Source of the DNA: an uncultured Desulfarculales bacterium
Lineage (GTDB): Bacteria > Desulfobacterota > Desulfarculia > Desulfarculales > JAHJDS01
Length of the DNA stretch: 64,000 bases
Direction: 5' to 3'
Assembly (NCBI GenBank): GCA_964569795.1
Contig: CAZMVB010000007.1
Location: 60,014 to 124,013 of the forward strand
This document shows positions 1 to 7,747 of this stretch, piece by piece. The position numbers and the translations under genes are program-made. The notes beneath the pieces were generated by a model. The model did not search any database. It was not told the DNA's origin and was given only the letters and a program-made list of their open reading frames with translations. Within the stretch, counting starts at the first letter, position 1. Each line of letters begins with the position of its first letter.

Positions 1-123
1 TTGAACAGTTCCTGGTTGGCCAGGGCGTACAGGAACTCGTACAGCTCCTGACCCGCCGAACGGGCGTCCTGCTCGGCCCGGACCAGTTTCTCAAGTTTGG
101 CGAACGGATCGGTCTCGGTCGTC
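1..123 (-). CDS. hypothetical protein, N-terminal fragment (gene runs off the left edge)
   Basis: Manual reverse translation from ATG at 123-121 gives MTTETDPFAKLEKLVRAEQDARSAGQELYEFLYALANQELF..., open to position 1. Co-oriented with the 167-523 ORF and 43 nt downstream of it. No recognisable domain. Confidence 0.3.
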
Positions 124-166
124 ATGACCTGTCTCCACGGCGGCCGAACCCGGGCGGGCGGCCGGT

Positions 167-523
167 CTATTTGATGACGGTCGGCCGGCGGGCGGCCCGG
201 TCAATGGCCTCGATGACCTCGGTCAGTCGCCGCAGGTCCTGGATGGTCAGGGCGGACAGCTTGAAGTTGTTCTCCCTGATCTTCCGATCCAGCTGCCGCC
301 TGATCTCCCGCATCTCGGGGTCGAACCACTCGCTGGCCGCGGTCACGCTCAGCAGATCGGCCAGCTCCTTGCCCCGGCGGCGCGATTCGAGTTCGGCCGC
401 CACCAGGAGCCGGGCTCGACCGACCAGGGAGGTCAAGGACCTGGGTCGGGGCTCGGACTCGCTTCGGGTCGTCTCTTCCTTGGGTTGTTGTCGCCGGCGG
501 CCAAACAGGGACATCGGTTTCAC
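167..523 (-). CDS. hypothetical small protein (basic disordered N-terminus, helical C-terminus)
   Basis: 118-aa ORF, co-oriented with the PP2C gene and 45 nt downstream of it. No recognisable motif. The opposite-strand ORF 171-533 looks like a GC artefact. Confidence 0.45.
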   Translation of the reverse strand: MKPMSLFGRRRQQPKEETTRSESEPRPRSLTSLVGRARLLVAAELESRRRGKELADLLSVTAASEWFDPEMREIRRQLDRKIRENNFKLSALTIQDLRRLTEVIEAIDRAARRPTVIK

Positions 524-568
524 TCCCGCGTGAACGTTCGCGCCATTTAATCAGACCCCCCGGGGCGT

Positions 569-1588
569 TCAGCCGGGGCGGGTGGTGATACGGTCGAGCA
601 GATTCTTCTGGCGCATGGCCAACAGTTCCCGACGGACCGTTTCGACGGGCAGGTCCGTCCGGTCGGCGATGTCTTTGAGGCGCGAGCATCCCGCGGCCAG
701 GGCGGTCAGGATGTCGAGCCACAGGGCGGCCGTGGCGTTGTCCGCCACCTCCAGAAAATCCCTGAGGCGGCGCTGGTCCATCCGGTGCAACTGGTCGATG
801 CTCTTCCGGACCAGCTTCAACACGGCGATCGAGCAGTCATCGGTCGTCTTTTCGACGATGATGCTGTTGAGATTGTAGTACAGGGCCCGGGTGACGGCCA
901 GGGCCGGATTGTCGTCGAGCCACTCCAGGATGCGCTGGGTGGCCGGGGCCATGATCTGCCGGGACCGGTTGAACAGGCTTTCGGCCGCGCCGTCGGACAG
1001 GAGGATGAACCCGTCCACTTTGCCCGTTTTCCCGGTATAGAGGCGCAGCCGTTCCTCGACGCCGGGCTGGGTGATGAAGTAGGTCATGTTGGCGAACTCG
1101 CCCCGGTCCGGCGGGGACAGGACGATCACCCGCTCCTCGGTCATGGCCCCGATCACGCCGTCGCCCAGGTGGCCGGCCAGATAGGTCCCGTCCTTGACAC
1201 CGACGAACAGGAGGGTCGAGGCGAAGTCGCGCAGGTCGGCGCCCATCTCCCGGCCCAGGTGGCGGAGACTGTCCTGCATGTCCTGGATGATCATCCGGCG
1301 GGCCAGGGGGTTGTCGTCCACGAAGCGGTCGAAGTGTTCATGGACCAGGCGGCAGATCCGCTGGGTGCAGATGTCGGCCCCTTCCTTGGCCCAGCGGGCC
1401 GATCCGGCCCCGTCGGCCAGGGAGACCACGGCCAGCCCCTGGTTCAGGAGCGAGTCGGTCTTGTCCTGGCAGCCGACGCCCGAGACGCGATGGGACCGGC
1501 CCCGGACGTGGGCGTGGGCCGCTTTCCAGTCCACGATCATGACGCGGGAGCGGCCGGCGCCGCCTGGATTGTGCTGGACTTGGGTCAC
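569..1588 (-). CDS. PP2C-family Ser/Thr phosphatase (YegK/PphC-like) with C-terminal winged-helix-like tail
   Basis: The translation has the bacterial PP2C-like pattern CQDK...LADGAGS...LLSDGAAESL. The C-terminal ~70 aa (LKDIADRTDLPVETVRRELLAMRQKNLLDRI) looks like a wHTH. The annotated start is GTG at 1588 with a weak RBS, so the start is uncertain. Confidence 0.85.
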   Translation of the reverse strand: MTQVQHNPGGAGRSRVMIVDWKAAHAHVRGRSHRVSGVGCQDKTDSLLNQGLAVVSLADGAGSARWAKEGADICTQRICRLVHEHFDRFVDDNPLARRMIIQDMQDSLRHLGREMGADLRDFASTLLFVGVKDGTYLAGHLGDGVIGAMTEERVIVLSPPDRGEFANMTYFITQPGVEERLRLYTGKTGKVDGFILLSDGAAESLFNRSRQIMAPATQRILEWLDDNPALAVTRALYYNLNSIIVEKTTDDCSIAVLKLVRKSIDQLHRMDQRRLRDFLEVADNATAALWLDILTALAAGCSRLKDIADRTDLPVETVRRELLAMRQKNLLDRITTRPG

Positions 1589-1671
1589 CTGATTCTGTTC
1601 CCGCCGGAATTAATATTATATTATACCCCAATTTTCCGGCGTGACGGAAAAAAGTCGGCCTGATGCGGCCG

Positions 1672-1695
1672 TAAAAACCGGACAAATCGGTCCGG
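1672..1695 (-). terminator. weak terminator-like hairpin after the vWA gene
   Basis: On the minus strand: CCGGAC-cgattt-GTCCGG followed by TTTTTA, 10 nt after the vWA stop. A TATAAT box (minus strand, 1625-1620) follows and could restart transcription for the PP2C gene. Confidence 0.3.
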
Positions 1696-1704
1696 CCGGG
1701 GGAG

Positions 1705-2376
1705 TTACAGCTCGCCCCAGCCCTTGATTCCCTCCTGGTCCAACCCGACGGTGTCTCCCGGGGTCGAGCGCGACACCTCGGACACGCTCTTGCTCAGCCA
1801 CTCGAAGAAGTCGGACAGCTTGCCGTCCTTGAGCCGGATCGGCTCGCGTTGGGGCGAAAAATTCCTCAGGATCTCCATCACGGCGTAAGGGCCGATCCCG
1901 ATCGGAAACAGGGACAGTTTCTTTTGCTCGACCAGTTCCCGGGTCCGGGTGGCGGCGATGGAGATGTCGTCGGTCGGAGCGCCGTCGGTCATGATCACCA
2001 TCCAGGGCTGGTAGTAGTCCACCCCGGCCTGGGCGTATTCTCCCTTGCGCGTCTCCAAGAGGTCCAGGGCCAGGTCCACCGCCTCGCCCAGGGGCGTTTT
2101 GCCGTAGGCCTTCATCTGGGGCATCTGCTGCCGGGTGACCTTCTCGAAGTCGAGCAGGCGCTGGACCTCCTGGCCAAAGGTGACCACGGCCACCTCGGCG
2201 GCCAGCGAGGCCACCTCGTCGCCCTTGATGTCGTCAAGTAATTGACGCACACCCAGGTTCAACTCGTCGATGGGCTCTCCGGTCATGGACCGGCTGGTGT
2301 CCAGGACCAGGCAGATGGGCACCCGGGGCGTCGGGTTCTCGATCAGGTCTTGTTGTCTGATTTCCAGGTGGCTCAT
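1705..2376 (-). CDS. von Willebrand factor A domain protein (TerY/YegL-like)
   Basis: MIDAS-type motif in ICLVLDTSRSMTGEPI, later MVIMTDGAPTDD. I prefer the ATG at 2376 (MSHLEIRQ..., preceded by ACGGGGA) over the track start at 2433. Confidence 0.85.
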   Translation of the reverse strand: MSHLEIRQQDLIENPTPRVPICLVLDTSRSMTGEPIDELNLGVRQLLDDIKGDEVASLAAEVAVVTFGQEVQRLLDFEKVTRQQMPQMKAYGKTPLGEAVDLALDLLETRKGEYAQAGVDYYQPWMVIMTDGAPTDDISIAATRTRELVEQKKLSLFPIGIGPYAVMEILRNFSPQREPIRLKDGKLSDFFEWLSKSVSEVSRSTPGDTVGLDQEGIKGWGEL

Positions 2377-2440
2377 CGCTATCCCCGTTTGATCAGGGTC
2401 CCCGGTCCGTTTCCCGGCCGGGTTCCTTTCCAAAATACGC

Positions 2441-4441
2441 CTACCCCCAAAACTGGGTCAAGAGTTGAATGAGAACGATCCCGACGAACAGCAGGGCCAG
2501 GGCCCACAGGCCCACGAACGAGGCCGAGATGCGGAGTCTTTTCTTCTGGGGCTCGGCCGAGGCCCGGACCGCGGCAAAGGGAGTCACCTCGGGTTCGGCC
2601 TGGGGCTCGGCCGTCCGGTCCTGATCCTGGCGGGCCTGGCAGGCGGGGCAGTACAGGGACCGGCCGGCCCGGGCCGCCTCTTCCGCTGCCTCCTTCTTGG
2701 CCATGAACTGGTAGTGGCAGCCCGGGCACTCGACCACCGTTGACCCGAATTCGCTCCGGCGGCACTCGGGACACAGCGGCGCGGTCCCGTTGGTGTCGAG
2801 CCGCTCGGCGGCGGCCGCGCTCTCCTCGAACTGAACACCGCACTGCCGGCAGACCATCGACACCGGCCCGGTCAGGGGCATTTTGTCGGGAAACATCTCG
2901 GGCGAGGCCTGGCCGACCTCGAGGTCCCGGGCGTAGTCCCGCATGACCTCGAGCCACCTCTCCGTGGATAACCGTTTGTTTTCACGAAATGTCTGGAAAA
3001 AGGCCCTCCGGACCTCCTGGGGCAGATTGGCCCAGATGTACAGCCACTGACCGGCCGGTTCCCGGCCCGTGGGCGCCCCGGTCAGCCCGTAGGGAAATTC
3101 CAGACGCCGGATGTTCGCCCCCGGATCGCCCCCGCCCCGCTGGGAATAGGGCGGCTTGCCCGGGACCAGGATCATGAACAGGAGTGTGGCCAGGGCGAAC
3201 ATCTCGTGAGCGGGCGTGCGCAGAAAGCCCTTGAAGTCCCGCCCCTGGATCTCGGGCGGGGTGTAGTTGACCGTGCCCACCGGGCAGGGATAGTCCTCGA
3301 CCTGATAGGAGTCGGTGTCCACGAAATAGACCGCCCCCGAGCCGTCCACCAGGATATTGGACTGGTTGACGTCGCCCACCAGGACGTTCTTGCGGTGCAG
3401 AAAGTCGAACGTCTCCAGGATCCTCAGGCAGAGCCGGACCAGATCGCCCCGGGTCAGGTGGGGAAACCTGGCCAGGAGGTCGCTCTTGGGCATGAAGACG
3501 GTCGTCTGCAGGTCCTTGCCCTGGGCCGCCTCCATGACGTAGCCGACCACCTGGTTGTCATCCCCCAGGACCAGGTCCAGGGGCCAGCACAGGCCGGGAC
3601 AGGTGAGCTGGTGATCGATCATCAGCCGCAGCTTGTCCACGTGGCGGTCGGTGATCTTGTCCGGCCGGTAGATCTTGGCCGCCAGGCCCAAATCCGTCAG
3701 AAAAATGTCGCCCTCGCCGCCGGCGCCGATCTGACGGACCAGCCGCAACCGGCCGTAACGGACCGTCAGGACGTCGTCCCCGACCCGGGGACCCCCGGCC
3801 TCGGAACCGGTTTCCGGGGCCTGGTCAGCGGCCTCCCAGGCGATGGGCCTGGTCCTGACCCGGAAGGGTCGTCCGCCGTCCATATCCTCCAGGGCGACCC
3901 CGAAGGCCTGGACCCCGGGCCGGTTGACCCGGCCGGTGAACGGGGCCTGGTTCTGGGCCCGATCCGGATGCCAGGGGACCAGCCGATACTCCCCCTCGTC
4001 CCGGACCATCTTCAGGACCAGCAGATCGTGGTGATCGGGGACGTCCTCCTCCTGCTGAAGGAAGTCGATGGTCCGGGCCAGATCAGGGTCCTGGGTGATG
4101 AGACACAGGTTGTAAGCGGCTGTATAAGTTGAAAAAACCTTGCTAAAGACCTCGTTGGACCCGGGGTCCCCGTCCGTGCCGGGGATGGTCATCAGGCCCT
4201 TTTCCTGAAGGGCCTTGAGCAACCTCAAACTCTGGGTCGCCCGGCGGGCCACCTGCTCCCGCTTGGTCCGGGCCAGGGCCTGGACCTGACCGACCACTAC
4301 CCGGGGGACGACCACCCGCCCCAGATGCCGCCCCAGGACCCCGGGCAACATCCGCCCCAGGACATGGGGCGCGCCCGGGTGCATCAACGCCGTGGCGTCG
4401 ATGAAGATCTTGTACTGTGAGGCCAGCAGGTCCAGGTGCAC
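2441..4441 (-). CDS. Ser/Thr protein kinase (YegI-like) with PIN-like N-terminal domain, C-terminal zinc ribbons and a TM anchor
   Basis: Kinase core: IGAGGEGDIF, AAKIY, VLVGDVNQSNILV, FVDTDS, TVNYTPPE. N-terminal ~135 aa: KIFIDATAL ... CLITQDPDLARTI, a PIN-like acidic pattern. C-terminus: CRQC...CPEC and CPGC...CPAC, then the hydrophobic tail FVGLWALALLFVGIVLIQLL. GTG start with a GAGGA RBS. Confidence 0.85.
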   Translation of the reverse strand: MHLDLLASQYKIFIDATALMHPGAPHVLGRMLPGVLGRHLGRVVVPRVVVGQVQALARTKREQVARRATQSLRLLKALQEKGLMTIPGTDGDPGSNEVFSKVFSTYTAAYNLCLITQDPDLARTIDFLQQEEDVPDHHDLLVLKMVRDEGEYRLVPWHPDRAQNQAPFTGRVNRPGVQAFGVALEDMDGGRPFRVRTRPIAWEAADQAPETGSEAGGPRVGDDVLTVRYGRLRLVRQIGAGGEGDIFLTDLGLAAKIYRPDKITDRHVDKLRLMIDHQLTCPGLCWPLDLVLGDDNQVVGYVMEAAQGKDLQTTVFMPKSDLLARFPHLTRGDLVRLCLRILETFDFLHRKNVLVGDVNQSNILVDGSGAVYFVDTDSYQVEDYPCPVGTVNYTPPEIQGRDFKGFLRTPAHEMFALATLLFMILVPGKPPYSQRGGGDPGANIRRLEFPYGLTGAPTGREPAGQWLYIWANLPQEVRRAFFQTFRENKRLSTERWLEVMRDYARDLEVGQASPEMFPDKMPLTGPVSMVCRQCGVQFEESAAAAERLDTNGTAPLCPECRRSEFGSTVVECPGCHYQFMAKKEAAEEAARAGRSLYCPACQARQDQDRTAEPQAEPEVTPFAAVRASAEPQKKRLRISASFVGLWALALLFVGIVLIQLLTQFWG

Positions 4442-4732
4442 GGCGTCCTCAGGGTCAGGCCGGTCCGAAGGTTCGGGCCGCAGATATCTCGTTTCGTCTA
4501 AAGAGCAACATTTGTGCCACCCGGCGCGGGGTGGAAAACTATCCGATTATAACCCGAGCCCACGGATTTGTTAACGATTTTCACTCCCCGGCCCAGGCCC
4601 GGCCGACCGGGGCCGGGTCGGTCTATTATTTCGGTTTCCCGGCTCCAAAGACTCGACCTCGACTACCACAATGTGGTAGTATAACCTCTGGGATAGGAAA
4701 ACACCAGGCCAACCATAACATCAAGGTGTGTC

Positions 4733-5089
4733 ATGGCTGACAGGACGTCTATCCTGGCCCGGGCGCCGGCCAGACTGCTGATCGTGTTCGGGGCGGTCAT
4801 CGTCGGCGCGGTCCTGATTTTTAAGGGATTCACCTTCCTGCCGGTGATCGGGATCTTCCTGGGGCTGGCGGTGATGTGGTCGGGCGTGGCGGCCGGGATC
4901 CGGGTGCTCCGCCTGTCCGAGCAGGCAAGCGTCCCGAAAATCGAATCCCTGGCCGCGCCGGTCCCCTTGCCCGCCCCGGCGGGCGTCCCTGAGGAGGAAC
5001 CAGCGGAACAGGTCTTCTCTTTCCCCGTACCGGACTGGATCCCCTCGGCCGCGCCGGAAAAGACCGAACCGAGGCCGTCGGGCTCCTGA
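4733..5089 (+). CDS. small membrane protein, hypothetical
   Basis: 118 aa with two clear hydrophobic helices (LLIVFGAVIVGAVLIF, LPVIGIFLGLAVMWSGVAAGI) and a Pro/Glu-rich tail. Divergent from the kinase operon. Confidence 0.5.
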   Translation: MADRTSILARAPARLLIVFGAVIVGAVLIFKGFTFLPVIGIFLGLAVMWSGVAAGIRVLRLSEQASVPKIESLAAPVPLPAPAGVPEEEPAEQVFSFPVPDWIPSAAPEKTEPRPSGS

Positions 5090-5111
5090 AGTCAATCGGC
5101 CGGAATCGCTG

Positions 5112-5489
5112 TCAGTCGTCCAGCAGCGATTTCAGGACCGAGCATTGCCGACAGATCTTCATTTTGGACGCCCAGTCCTTTTGCACCTCGCCCCGGCAGA
5201 TTGTCCCGTTGATGAACCAGCACAGGTGCCCGGCCTTGAATTCCCAGGCCGGGCACCGCTCCCGCAGGTGTTCGGGGCAGTCCTGGACATCCCAGCAGAT
5301 CTGTAATTTTCGGGGGGATGCCTTCAGGGCCAGCAGAAACAGCAACTGCCGTTCCGCGTGGACCGTTATCCGCCGCCAGCCCTGTTCGAAGCTTTCCACG
5401 GCCTTGACCGAGGTCCCCAGGAGTTGGGACAGTTGCCGCTGGGATTTTTCGAGACGGCCCCTGATCCGGGAGAATTCGATCTTGTCCAT
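5112..5489 (-). CDS. XRE-type HTH transcriptional regulator with Cys-rich C-terminal domain
   Basis: N-terminal HTH pattern (LEKSQRQLSQLLGTSVKAVESFEQG). The C-terminal ~65 aa carry 7 Cys, including two C-W pairs (ICWDVQDCP, HLCWFINGTIC) and a terminal CRQC. Co-oriented with cooS and 109 nt downstream of it. Confidence 0.7.
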   Translation of the reverse strand: MDKIEFSRIRGRLEKSQRQLSQLLGTSVKAVESFEQGWRRITVHAERQLLFLLALKASPRKLQICWDVQDCPEHLRERCPAWEFKAGHLCWFINGTICRGEVQKDWASKMKICRQCSVLKSLLDD

Positions 5490-5598
5490 GAGGCTTGGGC
5501 GGCTCCTTGAGGCCCAGGATATACTTCCGGCTGATACCTGACAAGTCGGCGGCCCCGGTCCGGTTTCGGACGAGGAATGTGGTCTTGACCTGACCCTA

Positions 5599-7569
5599 TC
5601 AGGCCGACAGGGCCCGGCGGTCGGCCATGTCCATCAGGACGCGCTCGCGGGCCGTATCCAGACCCAGGTCGGCCCGCTTCTTGTCGATGTGGGCGATCAT
5701 CATCGCCGCCATCTCGTACGGGTCGCGGGTGAATCCCCACTTGCCCAGGCCCTGCGCCTCGAGGCCCTCAAACATCAGGTCGTGGAACTTGGTGTTCTTG
5801 ATGGCGGGGAAGGTGACCCCGAACACGGTATAGACGCCCGAGGCGACAAAGTACTGGCCGATGGCGATGGCCTTTTCGCTCATGAACTCGGGCGCGGCCC
5901 CGGCCACGGGCAGGTCGGCGATGCTGTCGCCCAGGCCCCCGACCCGGACCATCTCGGCGGCCGCAGTCAGGATCCGGCTGTTGTCGATGCAGGCCCCCAG
6001 GCCCAGCACCGGCGGGATGCCCACCGCCTCGCAGACCTCGCGCAGCCCCGGCCCGGCCAGGGCCGAGGCCTCGGGGGTGCACAGGCCGGCCTTGGCCAGG
6101 GCGATCTGGGCGCAGCCGGTCTGGATGACCAGGACGTCCTTCTTGATCAGCTCCTTGACCAGCTCGACGTGGACCCAGTCCTGCTTGACCCGCGGGTTGG
6201 TGCACCCGACCACCCCGGCCACGCCCCGGATGCGGCCGCCTATGATGTTGTCGTTCAGGGGCCAGTAGGACCCCCGAAAGACCCCGCCCAGCATGTAGTC
6301 GATGTATTCGTGGGAAAAACCCGCGATCGCCTGATCGACCCGCTTCGGGATCTCGATCCTGGCCTCCCGGGTCGCAAAGCGCTCGATGGCCGCCAGGACG
6401 ATCCGATCGGTGCAGTCCCGGGGGTCGTGCTCGACGAACTCGATGTGTTCGGCCCCCTCGAGTCTGCACCGGGGGTTGGTGGTGAAGAACCGGGTGTCAT
6501 AGCACTTGGCCACGTTGGCCAGGCCCTGCTTGATGCACTGGACGTCCACGGCCATGGCGTCCACCGCCCCGGTGACCAGGACGGCCTCGGTGGACATGAA
6601 GTTGCCGGCGTGGGGGATGCCCCGGCGGCCCATCATCTCCAGGCCGGAGCAGCACATCCCCACCAGGTTGATGCCCTTGGCCCCGGCGGCCTTGGCCCGC
6701 TCGATCAGGAGCGGTTCGCTTACCGAGGCAATCATCGAGTCGAACAGGTTCGGCTCGTGGCCGTGGATGATGATATTGACCTCGTCCTCCTTGAGCACGC
6801 CCATGTTGACCTGGGCGGGCACGGCCATGGGCGTGCCGAACAGGATGTCCGACACCTCGGTCGAGACCATGGACCCGCCCCAGCCGTCGGCCAGGGCCGT
6901 CCGGCTGATCTGGGTCATCAGGTTGTCCGCGTCCTGGTCCACGCCCATGGTCGAGCGGTGCATCATCTCCATGATCTCCCGCATCGCCCCCCGGGGGACC
7001 AGGTCCAGTTCCCGCCACCGGGCCAGGGTGGCCGGCGGCACCCGGCGCGAAAAGGGGATCTCGCCCTCGAGCTGGGTGTAGGTCTTTTTCAGCTCGGTGT
7101 AGAGGTCCAGGGCGATCTCCTTGATGGTCCGGTCCTCGATCGGGATCTCCATCTCCTGGGCCAGGTCTAAAAGCTTTTCCTCGTCCTTGAGGGAGTACTC
7201 GGCGATCTTGCCCTCGGCCACCTCGCGGAACAGTTCGAGCATGACCAGGCCGTGGTCGGTGTGGGCGGCCGTGCCCGCGGCCACCATCCGGCCGAAGTTG
7301 CGGGCCTGGATGGTGTCAATGGACGCCCCGCACACCCCGGTCTTCTGGTAGGGATCGTTGAAGTTGAGGCGGCAGGGCCCCATGAAGCAGTGCTTGCAGC
7401 AGGCCGACTTCTCGCCGATGGGACAGGCCTTCATGTTGGCCGCCCGGTCAAAGGCCGTCGTCACGCCGTCGGCCGCGGCCTTGGCCAGCATCTGCGCCGT
7501 GGACTCGCAACTGGTCACGTCCTGGGGCCGCACGGTCTTGGCCTCTTTCTGGTCCTCTGTCTTTTTCAT
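5599..7569 (-). CDS. cooS: anaerobic Ni-Fe carbon monoxide dehydrogenase catalytic subunit
   Basis: Full-length CooS-like translation, including the N-terminal cluster motifs CPIGEKSACCKHCFMGPCRL. I prefer the ATG at 7569 (MKKTEDQ), preceded by AAGGAG, over the track start at 7605. Confidence 0.95.
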   Translation of the reverse strand: MKKTEDQKEAKTVRPQDVTSCESTAQMLAKAAADGVTTAFDRAANMKACPIGEKSACCKHCFMGPCRLNFNDPYQKTGVCGASIDTIQARNFGRMVAAGTAAHTDHGLVMLELFREVAEGKIAEYSLKDEEKLLDLAQEMEIPIEDRTIKEIALDLYTELKKTYTQLEGEIPFSRRVPPATLARWRELDLVPRGAMREIMEMMHRSTMGVDQDADNLMTQISRTALADGWGGSMVSTEVSDILFGTPMAVPAQVNMGVLKEDEVNIIIHGHEPNLFDSMIASVSEPLLIERAKAAGAKGINLVGMCCSGLEMMGRRGIPHAGNFMSTEAVLVTGAVDAMAVDVQCIKQGLANVAKCYDTRFFTTNPRCRLEGAEHIEFVEHDPRDCTDRIVLAAIERFATREARIEIPKRVDQAIAGFSHEYIDYMLGGVFRGSYWPLNDNIIGGRIRGVAGVVGCTNPRVKQDWVHVELVKELIKKDVLVIQTGCAQIALAKAGLCTPEASALAGPGLREVCEAVGIPPVLGLGACIDNSRILTAAAEMVRVGGLGDSIADLPVAGAAPEFMSEKAIAIGQYFVASGVYTVFGVTFPAIKNTKFHDLMFEGLEAQGLGKWGFTRDPYEMAAMMIAHIDKKRADLGLDTARERVLMDMADRRALSA

Positions 7570-7629
7570 GAACTGGGCTCCTTGGTCCCGGTTGGGCGCA
7601 AACACAAGTACAACAATGGATCAGCTAGA

Positions 7630-7658
7630 ATTATATCGGACCGTTTTGGTCCCTGCCA
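7630..7658 (-). promoter_or_regulatory. candidate sigma-70 promoter of cooS with overlapping palindrome
   Basis: Minus strand: TGGCAG-17 nt-TATAAT, with the -10 at 7635-7630. The spacer contains the palindrome GGACCaaaacGGTCC (7638-7652). A second palindrome, ATCTCCA-N10-TGGAGAT, lies at 7680-7703. Confidence 0.35.
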
Positions 7659-7747
7659 CAGCCCCCACCCAGCAGATGAATCTCCAGAGTTTCCGATGGA
7701 GATAGCTGTTCGTTATTAAATAAAATTAAAGTTCGGCCCTGGTGGAA

